From: a virus
Reading direction: 5' to 3' (one strand)
Virus record (IMG/VR): IMGVR_UViG_3300004369_000008
Span: 9,987 to 73,986 of that record
DNA: 64,000 nt
Under the pieces are notes generated by a model, which saw only the letters and a list, made by a program, of their open reading frames with translations, was not told the DNA's origin and did not search any database. The position numbers and the translations under genes are program-made. Positions 27,737-37,082 of the stretch are shown here, piece after piece; the first letter of the stretch is position 1, and the number at the start of each line of letters is the position of its first letter.

Positions 27737-30091
27737 ATGGCTATTTTAAGAGGTTTTCCGCCTTCAAACACGATCTCGCCTTCGGTGCGAATTACCGAAA
27801 AAGATTTGAGCTTCATCGCTCCTCAGCAGTCATTTCATCGTGCTGGTCTGATTGGGTTCGCCTCTAAAGGTCCAATCAACGTTCCAACACTTGTAAGCAC
27901 GCAACGTCAGCTAACTACTACGTTTGGCTATCCGCACCCAGAGTCCGGTGATCCTTACTTGGTTTATGCGGCTGAACAATACCTGCTGATTGCGAATGAG
28001 TTGTACATCGTCCGAGTGGCCGATGAAGATGAAGTTAGTGATGAAAAGGCAAACACGGCATCGATTGACATTCCATCTGCTGGAGGTCAAATCGAGATCA
28101 AAACAGACGAAGTGGGCGATTACACGTTCACAGTAGATTCCTTCTTCCGCTGGAGACTGAATGGAGTTCTGGCATCTAAGACCTTGGTGGTCTTGGCCGG
28201 TACTTACACAGCCGCTCAGTTGGCAGAAGACTTGAATCTTCAACTTGTTCCAGATATTGACGGCATCGAGTTTTACTCGTTTGACACCGATACAAAAATT
28301 GGAGTGAGAACAACATTCTCGTTCGGCCCAGATGCCGAATTGGAAATGGTCTCTGTCCAAGACGCCATTTATGGTGGTGCGGTTGTTGACGGCAATGTTA
28401 CTGGTCTTGGCCAAGGTATGACACAAGCTTCCATCACTGGTAGCAAGAGCCAATACCCAGAAGCCTACCAGACGGCTGGAGAATATGATTTCACAGGTCT
28501 AACAGACCTCAACATTCACATCGTTATCGACGGTACTGATAACGTCAACATCGACAACGTTGTTCAGATCATTGATCTTGGAGACCTTGAAGGTGCAGAA
28601 TGGACAATCTCTGAAATTGTCACAGAAATCGAAAGTCAGAAAATTGAAAACGGCGGCACGCTGCCGGGTGGATGGACAGCTTCAGCTACAGGCGACAACC
28701 TGACATTCACAACAGACCATCATGGTCGAGATGCACGACTTCTTATCAAACCCGACAGCACTGCTGAAGGACTCTTTGGTTTGGAGAACGTAACCGTTGA
28801 GGGTGCAAGCCCAATCGGTACATCTGGTGACGCTGCGATCTATACTTATGGTCGTGTGAATGGTGATGCAAACTCCACTGGAGCCATCTCTCTCACAGTA
28901 CAAGCTGATTCTCAGGGTATTGACGGCAACTCGACTCAGATCGTTATTGAAAACAACATTCGTGAAGGTAACTTCGTGATGCAAGTCTACAACCAAGGTG
29001 TACAGGTTGAGTCTTGGGGTGCCCTCATTAAAGATGAGAACTCTCGGTTCTATGTTGAAACGTTCCTCTCACTGGTTTCCAGTTGGGTACGAGCAATTGA
29101 CAATACAGCAAACCCAGCGCCACCTCTTGATGGTACTTATACCCTAACTGGCGGTTCAGACGGTATTCCATCTGATCCAGACGAGCAGGACGAGCTTATC
29201 ATCGGAAATCGAATTGGTTTCACAGGCATGTATGCTCTTTCAGAGCCAGAGCAGATCGACATTGACTTGATCGCTGCTCCGGGCCACTCAAGCACGGCAA
29301 TTGTGACGGCTCTTCTGGACTTGTGCCAGAACGTCAGAATGGACTGCTTGGCCATCATTGACCCACCATTCGGTTTGACAGTCAATGAGATTGTCGCATG
29401 GCAAAACGGTACTCACCCATTGAATACAACCAGATTTGACTCCGACTTCGGAGCGCTCTACTGGCCATGGGTGAAGATCAGAGACAACTTCAACAGAGTT
29501 GATATTTGGGCACCACCTTCGGGATCGGTTATGGCCACTATCGCTCGAAGCGATCAGTTGTCTGCTCCTTGGTTCGCACCTGCTGGTGTTAACCGTGGTA
29601 CTGTTCCCAACATTACAGACGTGTTCTCTCGCCCAACGCTGGACGAAAGAGACTTGATGTACGGCTACCGAAATGCCGTGAACCCAATCGTTCAGTTCGT
29701 GGACTTTGAAGGCTTCGTAATCTGGGGTCAAAAGACACTTCAGAGACGCCCAACTGCTCTCGACCGTGTAAACGTCAGAAGACTGATGTTCTACATCGAG
29801 AAGAGAATCAGACGTGCATCTCGCCAGTTGCTCTTCGATCCTCATGACGACATTCTGCGACAGAAGTTCACCAGAATTTCGACAGCTATTCTTCAAGAAG
29901 TTCAGGTCGGACGTGGTGTCAATGACTTCCGAGTCAAGTGTGACGAAGAGTTGAACACACCAGACGTTATCGACAGAAACGAAATGCGTGCCCGAATCGG
30001 CGTTCAGCCTATCCGAGCCGCAGAGTTCATCTTCATCGAGTTCTCGATCCACAGAACCGGATCGTTCGGTGAGAATGCAGACACGTTCTAA
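27737..30091 (+). CDS. Contractile tail sheath protein (gp18-like)
   Basis: SPSV..TEKD, ASKGPIN.PT, PWFAPAG.NRG, IWGQKTL, DRVNVRRL. Confidence 0.95.
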   Translation: MAILRGFPPSNTISPSVRITEKDLSFIAPQQSFHRAGLIGFASKGPINVPTLVSTQRQLTTTFGYPHPESGDPYLVYAAEQYLLIANELYIVRVADEDEVSDEKANTASIDIPSAGGQIEIKTDEVGDYTFTVDSFFRWRLNGVLASKTLVVLAGTYTAAQLAEDLNLQLVPDIDGIEFYSFDTDTKIGVRTTFSFGPDAELEMVSVQDAIYGGAVVDGNVTGLGQGMTQASITGSKSQYPEAYQTAGEYDFTGLTDLNIHIVIDGTDNVNIDNVVQIIDLGDLEGAEWTISEIVTEIESQKIENGGTLPGGWTASATGDNLTFTTDHHGRDARLLIKPDSTAEGLFGLENVTVEGASPIGTSGDAAIYTYGRVNGDANSTGAISLTVQADSQGIDGNSTQIVIENNIREGNFVMQVYNQGVQVESWGALIKDENSRFYVETFLSLVSSWVRAIDNTANPAPPLDGTYTLTGGSDGIPSDPDEQDELIIGNRIGFTGMYALSEPEQIDIDLIAAPGHSSTAIVTALLDLCQNVRMDCLAIIDPPFGLTVNEIVAWQNGTHPLNTTRFDSDFGALYWPWVKIRDNFNRVDIWAPPSGSVMATIARSDQLSAPWFAPAGVNRGTVPNITDVFSRPTLDERDLMYGYRNAVNPIVQFVDFEGFVIWGQKTLQRRPTALDRVNVRRLMFYIEKRIRRASRQLLFDPHDDILRQKFTRISTAILQEVQVGRGVNDFRVKCDEELNTPDVIDRNEMRARIGVQPIRAAEFIFIEFSIHRTGSFGENADTF

Positions 30092-30104
30092 ACAAATGGA
30101 TTTA

Positions 30105-30134
30105 ACCCCGGCCACCTGAATTGGTGGCCGGGGT
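30105..30134 (+). terminator. GC-rich hairpin after sheath gene
   Basis: ACCCCGGCCACC-tgaatt-GGTGGCCGGGGT. Confidence 0.6.
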
Positions 30135-30154
30135 GATTTAGGAAGAGGTAAAGA

Positions 30155-30709
30155 ATGGTAGCAATGGGTATTGGTCGTCTTGGCGCACCAAACGTAATCA
30201 TTAAGCGAAAGTTCAGATTCACACTACAGTTTTCAACTCCGTGTGGATTCGTTCCAGAGCATTATGTGAAGTTGGCAGCAAGACCCCAATTAGACATAGA
30301 AGAAACAGAACTGAACTTCTTGAATGCTGTCACTTGGATTCCCGGCAAAGGCAAGTGGCAACCTTTGAGTGTCACTTATGTTGATGTCGCCACGGCTGAA
30401 ATGCAAGGACTGTATAACTGGGTCGCCACTGTGTATGAGTTCGGCGGTCCACAGGCTCCGATCACTTTGAAACAAAGTGAAAAAGCAGGGTGGAATGGCA
30501 CTGGCCTTCTCACCATGTACGATGGTTGCGGATCACCATTAGAGTATTGGCTTCTTAATTCATGCTGGCCTCAGTCGATCAATTTTGGCGACTTGGATTA
30601 TGCTGATTCGGAAACAGCCACAATTGAACTAACAGTCAGATTTTCTGATGTCCAGTTCTTCGGACAGTGCGGTGTAACAACACCAGTTAGCTGTTGCCGA
30701 GGATGTTAA
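30155..30709 (+). CDS. Tail tube protein paralogue 1 (gp19-like)
   Basis: KRKFRF, RP...EE.E, PGK..W, YDGCG, WP..INFGDLDY. Confidence 0.85.
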   Translation: MVAMGIGRLGAPNVIIKRKFRFTLQFSTPCGFVPEHYVKLAARPQLDIEETELNFLNAVTWIPGKGKWQPLSVTYVDVATAEMQGLYNWVATVYEFGGPQAPITLKQSEKAGWNGTGLLTMYDGCGSPLEYWLLNSCWPQSINFGDLDYADSETATIELTVRFSDVQFFGQCGVTTPVSCCRGC

Positions 30710-30726
30710 ACTAAAGAGGAACAAAA

Positions 30727-31332
30727 ATGGCAGACAAGAGAAACATGGGTATCGGCGTTATCGGCCAGCCAGATATGGTGTTCAAGCGCAAATTTCGCTA
30801 CACCTTTGAAATCTTCGGCTTCTGTGATAACGAGAAGAATGTTGTTCCTGAGCATTTCGTCAAGACAGCTTCTCGACCAAATCTATCCATTGAAGAAACA
30901 GAAATCAATCACCTGAATGCTAAGACGTGGATTCCCGGCAAAGCATCTTGGGAAACAATTACAGTCACTTATGTTGACGTAGCTCACGAAGAGATGAAAT
31001 CTTTGTGGAACTGGCTTGCCACAGTCTACAACTTCACTGATCCAATTCGTCTGACGATGGGCAATAAACGTGAATGGGATGCCACAGGCGTTCTTAACAT
31101 GTATGACGGATGTGGTATTTTACTAGAAACATGGCAGTTGCAGCACATGTTCCCAACTGCAATTAACTTCGGCGAGCTTGATTATTCGTCTTCTGAGGAA
31201 GCGACAATCGAATTGACTCTGAGATTCTCAGATGTCAAGTACAGATCGTTCTGCCCAGCATTCGATCCATTCGCTTGCTGTGATGGATGTGGAACAACAA
31301 CCAAGAAGCCACAATACGCAGAATTCATCTAA
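30727..31332 (+). CDS. Tail tube protein paralogue 2
   Basis: Same motifs as paralogue 1. Confidence 0.85.
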   Translation: MADKRNMGIGVIGQPDMVFKRKFRYTFEIFGFCDNEKNVVPEHFVKTASRPNLSIEETEINHLNAKTWIPGKASWETITVTYVDVAHEEMKSLWNWLATVYNFTDPIRLTMGNKREWDATGVLNMYDGCGILLETWQLQHMFPTAINFGELDYSSSEEATIELTLRFSDVKYRSFCPAFDPFACCDGCGTTTKKPQYAEFI

Positions 31333-31352
31333 GATAAAGATAGGAGTTAGGA

Positions 31353-31994
31353 ATGGCTGAGAAAATCCCAATGGGAATTGGACATCTAGGTTTCAGAAAC
31401 CTAGTATTCAAACGTAAGTTTCGATTTACGTTTGTGCTGGAAGAAATCTGTGGTAGCCAAAGAATTCCCGAACATTTTGTAAAGGTCGCTTCGAGACCGA
31501 ATCTGTCAATCGAAGAGACTGAAATTAACTTCCTGAACGCCAAAACTTGGATTCCCGGTAAGGCGTCTTGGGAAACGATGACTGTCACTTATATCGACGT
31601 AGCCTCCGCTGAGATGGCACCGTTGTTTAACTGGCTGGCATCTGTGTACAACTTCACTGACCCAATCAATTTGGAGCAGGGTTCACAACGTGCAGACTAT
31701 ACTGCTACAGGCATCCTTAAACTATGGGATGGTTGTGGTCAGTTATTGGAAATGTGGACAATTAAGGATGTTTGGCCAACCGCCATTAACTTTGGAGATT
31801 TGGACTATTCCAACTCTGAAGAGGCAACAATCGAATTGACTCTGAGATACTCAGACGTTATGTACGAAAACATCTGCCCCGGTTTCGCAATTAGCCCATG
31901 TTGCTCGCCATGTGGTGGTTCACCAAACCAACCACCTGAAGAAGACCCAGAAGTCATCACGAACCACTCACCTGCTAATTTGCTTGGTTTGTAA
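31353..31994 (+). CDS. Tail tube protein paralogue 3
   Basis: Same motifs; nucleotide identity blocks shared with paralogue 2. Confidence 0.85.
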   Translation: MAEKIPMGIGHLGFRNLVFKRKFRFTFVLEEICGSQRIPEHFVKVASRPNLSIEETEINFLNAKTWIPGKASWETMTVTYIDVASAEMAPLFNWLASVYNFTDPINLEQGSQRADYTATGILKLWDGCGQLLEMWTIKDVWPTAINFGDLDYSNSEEATIELTLRYSDVMYENICPGFAISPCCSPCGGSPNQPPEEDPEVITNHSPANLLGL

Positions 31995-32066
31995 TCTTAT
32001 TCAATCATGACTAAATTAAAGGGGCCACAGTAAATACTGTGGCCCCTTTTTATTGAGGAGATAAAC

Positions 32067-32645
32067 ATGGGAAGACCAATGGGTTTGGACTTTGGCTTGA
32101 ACGGCGATGGCAAGTTCTGCAAAAGGAAATTCCGTTATCTATTCAGAATTGATGGTGTGGTTGCAGACAGCCAGAAATCAATGAAGACGCTGCCGCCACT
32201 ACAAAGCGCACGGCCAAACTTGAATTTCAAAGAAATGACAGCGAATCATCTAATCGAAGATGTGTTCTATCCATCCAAGCCAGACTGGAAGCCGATCAAT
32301 TTAGTTCTCTATGATCTTAAAATTGATCCACACCCAGTCTGGGAGTGGATCAAAAAATTCTACGATCCACGCCCAGAGAAAGGAATTCTACTTGCCCCTA
32401 ATGAAAATCCCGGTCCAACTGAAGGCTTCATTAGAAACGCCATCCTTGATCTGTATGATGGATGTGGAGAACTTGTAGAACAATGGGTCTACGAAGATGC
32501 TTGGCCGCAAGCTGTCAACTTCCAGACTTTGGACATGGGAAGCTCCGAGATTGTAACACTAGACTTGACTATCAGGTATGTGCGAGCGTATGTGCAAGAA
32601 GCACCGCCGCCACAACTTCAACAACCTTCAGTCGGAAGTGTTTAA
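32067..32645 (+). CDS. Tail tube protein paralogue 4 (divergent)
   Basis: KRKFRY, ARPNL, YDGCG, WPQAVNF..LD. Confidence 0.8.
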   Translation: MGRPMGLDFGLNGDGKFCKRKFRYLFRIDGVVADSQKSMKTLPPLQSARPNLNFKEMTANHLIEDVFYPSKPDWKPINLVLYDLKIDPHPVWEWIKKFYDPRPEKGILLAPNENPGPTEGFIRNAILDLYDGCGELVEQWVYEDAWPQAVNFQTLDMGSSEIVTLDLTIRYVRAYVQEAPPPQLQQPSVGSV

Positions 32646-32929
32646 TCTTCGTCTTCGGATTCTTCGTCTTCTTCAACATCATCGAAGTCACGTTTAAGCA
32701 ACTCACGCATCTCAGTGAGAGCGTCTTCGAGTTGCTTATTCTTCCAATCCATCTTGCGGCAAGTGCTGCTTTTGTTGAGACGACCCTTCTTGGTATAGCA
32801 TTCAGCCTCATTGTCCATGAGACAATCTACCAATTCGGTGTATCCGTTTTCTTTGAGCTTCTTGATAATTTCCTGCATCTCGATACCGGATGCAGGGTTA
32901 ACAGACATAGATTCGTTATTCATATACAA
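32642..32929 (-). CDS. Hypothetical protein with acidic tail
   Basis: 95-aa ORF. Confidence 0.6.
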   Translation of the reverse strand: MYMNNESMSVNPASGIEMQEIIKKLKENGYTELVDCLMDNEAECYTKKGRLNKSSTCRKMDWKNKQLEDALTEMRELLKRDFDDVEEDEESEDED

Positions 32930-32962
32930 CCTATCTTAACTGAGAGTTAGAATTGATGCAAG

Positions 32963-33538
32963 TCAGTTTATTATGCCTCGGGACATACCAACACCGCTCA
33001 TTGAGATTTCTTTTCCATTCTTATAGAACACATGATCGAAACGATCCTGCAACCAAGTGTGATATCTCTTCTTTAATTCATTGTAGTTTCTAGCACTACG
33101 ATATAGCTGGCGAAAATGGTTCAAAATACATGTTGTCATGTAATTGAAAGCTTTGGCTTTTTGCCCGCTTTTTCCTCGATAGTTTGGATTAAACCTATCG
33201 ACTTTCTCAAAGCAAATAAGAACACCTTCTTGAATAGCGTCATCTACGTCAATTCCACTGAATTTGGCGTAATTTGCGATGTTCTCTGATAGAATGTAGA
33301 AAGCAACCGCTAATCTATCCTGACAAGCCTTGAAGCACATGCTCGCTTCTTTGTGTTGGCTTAAGATTGCTTCCAGTTGCTCTTTCTTGATGTGATCTTT
33401 GTATTTAACGAAACGTCTGTTGTGAGTTTCTTCAAGATCGGCAATTATGAGTTCGAGTTTCGCTTTCTGTCTCTTGTAGAATTGAAAAGCTTGGATAATA
33501 GACTCGAAATCCTTGTTATTAAGGTACTCGTTAGCCAT
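32963..33538 (-). CDS. Late-transcription sigma factor, T4 gp55-like
   Basis: YLNNKDF N-terminus; DDAIQEG..ICFEKVDRFNP; KAFNYMTTCI. Confidence 0.8.
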   Translation of the reverse strand: MANEYLNNKDFESIIQAFQFYKRQKAKLELIIADLEETHNRRFVKYKDHIKKEQLEAILSQHKEASMCFKACQDRLAVAFYILSENIANYAKFSGIDVDDAIQEGVLICFEKVDRFNPNYRGKSGQKAKAFNYMTTCILNHFRQLYRSARNYNELKKRYHTWLQDRFDHVFYKNGKEISMSGVGMSRGIIN

Positions 33539-33636
33539 GGTCCTCCGGTTCGGATGCTATAAGGGGTATGTAACTATGCAAGCACGGCTAACATTTTGAA
33601 AAGAAAATCCTTCTTCCTTGACTTACTTAACGTAGT

Positions 33637-33840
33637 ATGAATCCAACTAACTTATACGCAGAGTTACAATCAAATCCCAGAAGCCGAGCGGCCTACCGGA
33701 AACTTGCTGCCTATTACAAAAATTGTAACCAAGACAATATCGCTGAGGCATACCTCTATCTTCTGGAGAAAAAGTTCAATGTATCTGACGACTCAAATCT
33801 TGACGAAGAACAACGAGAAGACATTACCAGCGACAATTGA
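33637..33840 (+). CDS. Small hypothetical protein
   Basis: 67-aa ORF upstream of the GT-TPR gene. Confidence 0.45.
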   Translation: MNPTNLYAELQSNPRSRAAYRKLAAYYKNCNQDNIAEAYLYLLEKKFNVSDDSNLDEEQREDITSDN

Positions 33841-34723
33841 GTCTATTTCTCCATTAGTCAATCAAATAGTGGTTGGAGATTTGGGCAGCACAGATCAAAC
33901 CAAAAACATCTGTAAGCAACTCGGTGTGATCTGGGAGAACTGTCAAGGAATGAACAGATCAAGAGCAAGAAACTTTCTGTTTGATGCTCACAAAAGCAAT
34001 TTCCACTTCGCAATTGAACCATGGGAAGTTTTAACATCTGGTCATGATCGACTCAGAAAACTCAAGTGCAACACCATGGTCAACATATTCAGCAACGGGT
34101 CGCTGAGCAAAGACGTGAGAATCTGGAACACAGGAAGATTTCACAATCCGATCTTTGAAAGACTTGATGAAGATGGACTGGACTCCAATTTGGTTCTCTA
34201 TTCGGCTGGTGGAGTTCAATTTGAGGACGCTGTGAAGCTGCTGGAGACGTGGAAGGGTGATAACCCGACATCCGCCCGACCATACTACTACCATGCGTGT
34301 ATGCTGCTCTCAGAGAGCCGATACGAGGAGTTCTTGAAAATGGCTGACCACTATCTATTCATTGAAAAAGAGAGAAACAGCATGTCGGCCACGATGACCA
34401 GATACTATTACGCTCTAGTACAAATTTTGCACCACAGAAAGGCCCGACCTGCACTCCAGAACTTAAACCTGTGTTTGTGCGTGAATCCTTTAATGGCTGA
34501 GTTCTGGTGCTTGACAGGGGATGTCTATTACCACATCGTCAAGGACCACGAAAAAGCAAAAGAGTTCTATGAAAATGCGATCATTCTCGGGTCTCGCAGA
34601 CTTACAAATAGCCCTTGGCCTATGGAGGTTGCCAAATATAGCGAGTATCCTCAAAGAATGATCGCAAGTTGTGATAAGATCATTGAATCAAGATTCACTT
34701 ACGGCAGTGTGCCGAAGAAATGA
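33779..34723 (+). CDS. GT2-like glycosyltransferase with TPR repeats
   Basis: TKNNEKTL, VVGDLGSTDQT, SRARN; C-terminal TPR helices. Confidence 0.75.
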   Translation: MYLTTQILTKNNEKTLPATIESISPLVNQIVVGDLGSTDQTKNICKQLGVIWENCQGMNRSRARNFLFDAHKSNFHFAIEPWEVLTSGHDRLRKLKCNTMVNIFSNGSLSKDVRIWNTGRFHNPIFERLDEDGLDSNLVLYSAGGVQFEDAVKLLETWKGDNPTSARPYYYHACMLLSESRYEEFLKMADHYLFIEKERNSMSATMTRYYYALVQILHHRKARPALQNLNLCLCVNPLMAEFWCLTGDVYYHIVKDHEKAKEFYENAIILGSRRLTNSPWPMEVAKYSEYPQRMIASCDKIIESRFTYGSVPKK

Positions 34724-34724
34724 A

Positions 34725-34862
34725 TCAATGTTCTTTGTCCTTTTTATGTCGTTTCAAGTATGAAACAGACTCATTGTTCTCGTATTTCTTAATGAACTGG
34801 CAGTTCATACAAAGCACTTGGAACCCTTCAGGAAGTCCGTTACGTTTTAGCCAGTAACTCAA
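34725..34862 (-). pseudogene. C-terminal remnant of HNH endonuclease
   Basis: Reverse strand reads YWLKRNGLPEGFQVLCMNCQFIK; N-terminal half missing. Confidence 0.65.
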
Positions 34863-35248
34863 TACAATTCTTCAATATGATTGACAACTACTGTTACCTG
34901 ATCTTCAAACCGAGCAATGTCCAACTGCTTACGACCAGTTCCCAACTTACGCAACTCATCAGACAGTTCGTAAATCGAACAGTTGATGATCTGCCAGTTA
35001 TTCTTGGAAAGCAGTGATGTTTCTTTCTCGACCTCATCTTCCGTAGGCGCTTCTTTCGTTGGAAAGTAATTCGCCAGTTCCTTGCCAGCCTTCAACATGA
35101 CGTTCCTGTAGACCGTATGGTTGCATTTACAACCCGGATTCTTCATGAACTTTTGAATGTCATCTTGAAGTTCTTCTGGCAAGTTGTCTCGAAAGCGTTG
35201 GTCTAATAAAGCTTGCTTAACATCGTGGACGGTCACTCGTTTTCTCAT
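34859..35248 (-). CDS. Hypothetical protein
   Basis: 129-aa ORF in minus-strand run. Confidence 0.7.
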   Translation of the reverse strand: MRKRVTVHDVKQALLDQRFRDNLPEELQDDIQKFMKNPGCKCNHTVYRNVMLKAGKELANYFPTKEAPTEDEVEKETSLLSKNNWQIINCSIYELSDELRKLGTGRKQLDIARFEDQVTVVVNHIEELY

Positions 35249-35572
35249 TGAAATTCCTTTTCCAGTAGGCTTCCATATTAGAGCGTTCGATCTCCACTTC
35301 TCTCTTGAGTAGCTTCAAATCTTCCATCTCTTCTTTATCCAGCAAGCCAGAATTGTTCAACATGTCAAGTTGATTGACCATCTCACATTTCCAGATATCC
35401 AGATTAGGCACATCATCCATATTGCCATAACTTAGGAATCCATCGGGGTTGACATCTTTGATTTCCAACACTGGAAGAGGTTTGGCCTCGACAGGCTTGG
35501 GAGCCGGTTCTGTTTTAGAAAACCCAACTAGGTTCATCAAAACATCCATAACATCAAGAAAGTTGATGTCAT
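35217..35572 (-). CDS. Hypothetical protein (start uncertain)
   Basis: C-terminal part of track ORF 35217..35771. Confidence 0.5.
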
Positions 35573-35586
35573 GTTCCTTGATGAAT

Positions 35587-35950
35587 TTACCGAGTCTTTC
35601 TTTTTTTGATTTCGAGCTTCGGATTGAAGGCGGGTTTTTCTGGGAGTAATCCATCTCGGATTCTCTGTTCTCGTTCTCGTTCATAATTATCCTTTTCTGC
35701 TTGGTCTTCACGCTCTTTAATTGTCTTAGCGTACACCTCTGGCAACACCTTCGATATAACGCCACGCCCACAATGTGGGCATTTGAACGCCTTGTTACGA
35801 GGTGTTGATTTTCTCTCTGTTACCTTTTTTGTGGCCGAGTCTAATCGAGGCGCACCACCGGGAACATCTGCAAGAGGAAGCTCTGTCAAGTCAGCATCAA
35901 TACCCTCGGTGATGATTTTCTTAAAGCTGCAAGGCTCGCAGAAAATCATC
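35587..35950 (-). CDS. Zn-ribbon protein
   Basis: CEPC...CPHCGR; start approximate. Confidence 0.65.
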
Positions 35951-35956
35951 CACCGT

Positions 35957-36319
35957 TTATGTCTGATCTGTGTGTTCTTCTTCTCGTTCTCCAACTGGCT
36001 CTCCTGTATCGATAATAAACTCGATCTTACTATTTGCCCACTCAAACAACAAATTATTCCAAGTGGCCAATAAACCCCCAGCGAAGCCGCAGGCCAGAAT
36101 AATTGACCAATGAGATGAAATAATAAGCCATCCACAAAGGAATCCCGCCCATGTTCCAGTGCATTCGTAGCAATTAAAAAGAGACTCGGACCATTTCCAA
36201 TAGTGCATCCATTGACGGATGCTACGACCACCTATCTTGATAGAATCAAAAATTGTACCATGTACCAAGATGTTGGTCAGGCCAATAGTTGACAGCACAA
36301 ACAAAATGAATGTTATCAT
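35957..36319 (-). CDS. Membrane protein with CxxCxxxW motif (DUF1360-like)
   Basis: Hydrophobic helices; LFNCYECTGTWAG. Confidence 0.65.
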   Translation of the reverse strand: MITFILFVLSTIGLTNILVHGTIFDSIKIGGRSIRQWMHYWKWSESLFNCYECTGTWAGFLCGWLIISSHWSIILACGFAGGLLATWNNLLFEWANSKIEFIIDTGEPVGEREEEHTDQT

Positions 36320-36660
36320 TATTTCTCATCCTCATCGTTGTTCTTGTATTTCTTTTCCATGATCTGACGGATCATTAGTTTGTTCTCTTCGTTCTCTCTG
36401 ATGTCCATATTGCTAGGAACAAATCTTGGGAAAGGATGATCGAAGTCAACCTTCTCGACTCGACAAGCTTCCTTTGTTGTAGGAACAACTGAAACTAGAT
36501 AATTGGATTCCTCTTGTATGTCCTTGATGAACTCTGAGTTCAAGTCTTTGAACATTTCAATCTGTTCTTTGAAAGTCACGCCTTCAATATCAGGGTTGTA
36601 GTTCAAGAAGAACACAACCACACCCTTCAAATTCTTATTCTCGCTCACTGTTACCTCCAA
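36319..36660 (-). CDS. Hypothetical protein
   Basis: 113-aa ORF abutting neighbours. Confidence 0.6.
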   Translation of the reverse strand: MEVTVSENKNLKGVVVFFLNYNPDIEGVTFKEQIEMFKDLNSEFIKDIQEESNYLVSVVPTTKEACRVEKVDFDHPFPRFVPSNMDIRENEENKLMIRQIMEKKYKNNDEDEK

Positions 36661-37028
36661 AATGATATGTAGAGCATCTTTTCATCACGCCATGTGCTGT
36701 AATAGAAATCGCCTTCGATCTCACAGAGTTTCTCGCAAATCCCAACTGAATCCTCCAAAGGAACTTCGATGTTCATGGACACACCATAATTGAGTCTTTC
36801 TATTACAACTCTTTCACCGAAATACTCTTCTAGTATTGCAATGTGTTCATCATGCAGGTTGTTCAGGAAGTCCAACATGGCCGACTTGCCAATTTGTCTT
36901 AGAAATGGCATCTGCTTACCCAGCCGCCATTGTTCAAAATAACTGAACATGTGCGGTGGGAGAAGTTTTTGCAACTCCCTATCATGAAAAACCAATTTTT
37001 CGACGTTCGAGAAATTCAATATGACCAT
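36651..37028 (-). CDS. Hypothetical protein
   Basis: 125-aa ORF. Confidence 0.65.
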   Translation of the reverse strand: MVILNFSNVEKLVFHDRELQKLLPPHMFSYFEQWRLGKQMPFLRQIGKSAMLDFLNNLHDEHIAILEEYFGERVVIERLNYGVSMNIEVPLEDSVGICEKLCEIEGDFYYSTWRDEKMLYISFWR

Positions 37029-37082
37029 ACTCTTATACCAACGTAATGGGTTCTAAAAGAACATAGTAACAAGGAGTAAAAT

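Noticed and set aside
29288-30115. Long antisense ORFs (e.g. 275 aa opposite the sheath gene)
   Set aside because: Shadow frames of strongly biased coding genes, with no recognisable motifs.
27737-32645. Bacterial eCIS/tailocin locus
   Set aside because: The context (gp13/gp14 neck, gp55-like sigma, gp46/47, RNR, homing endonucleases) indicates a phage genome.
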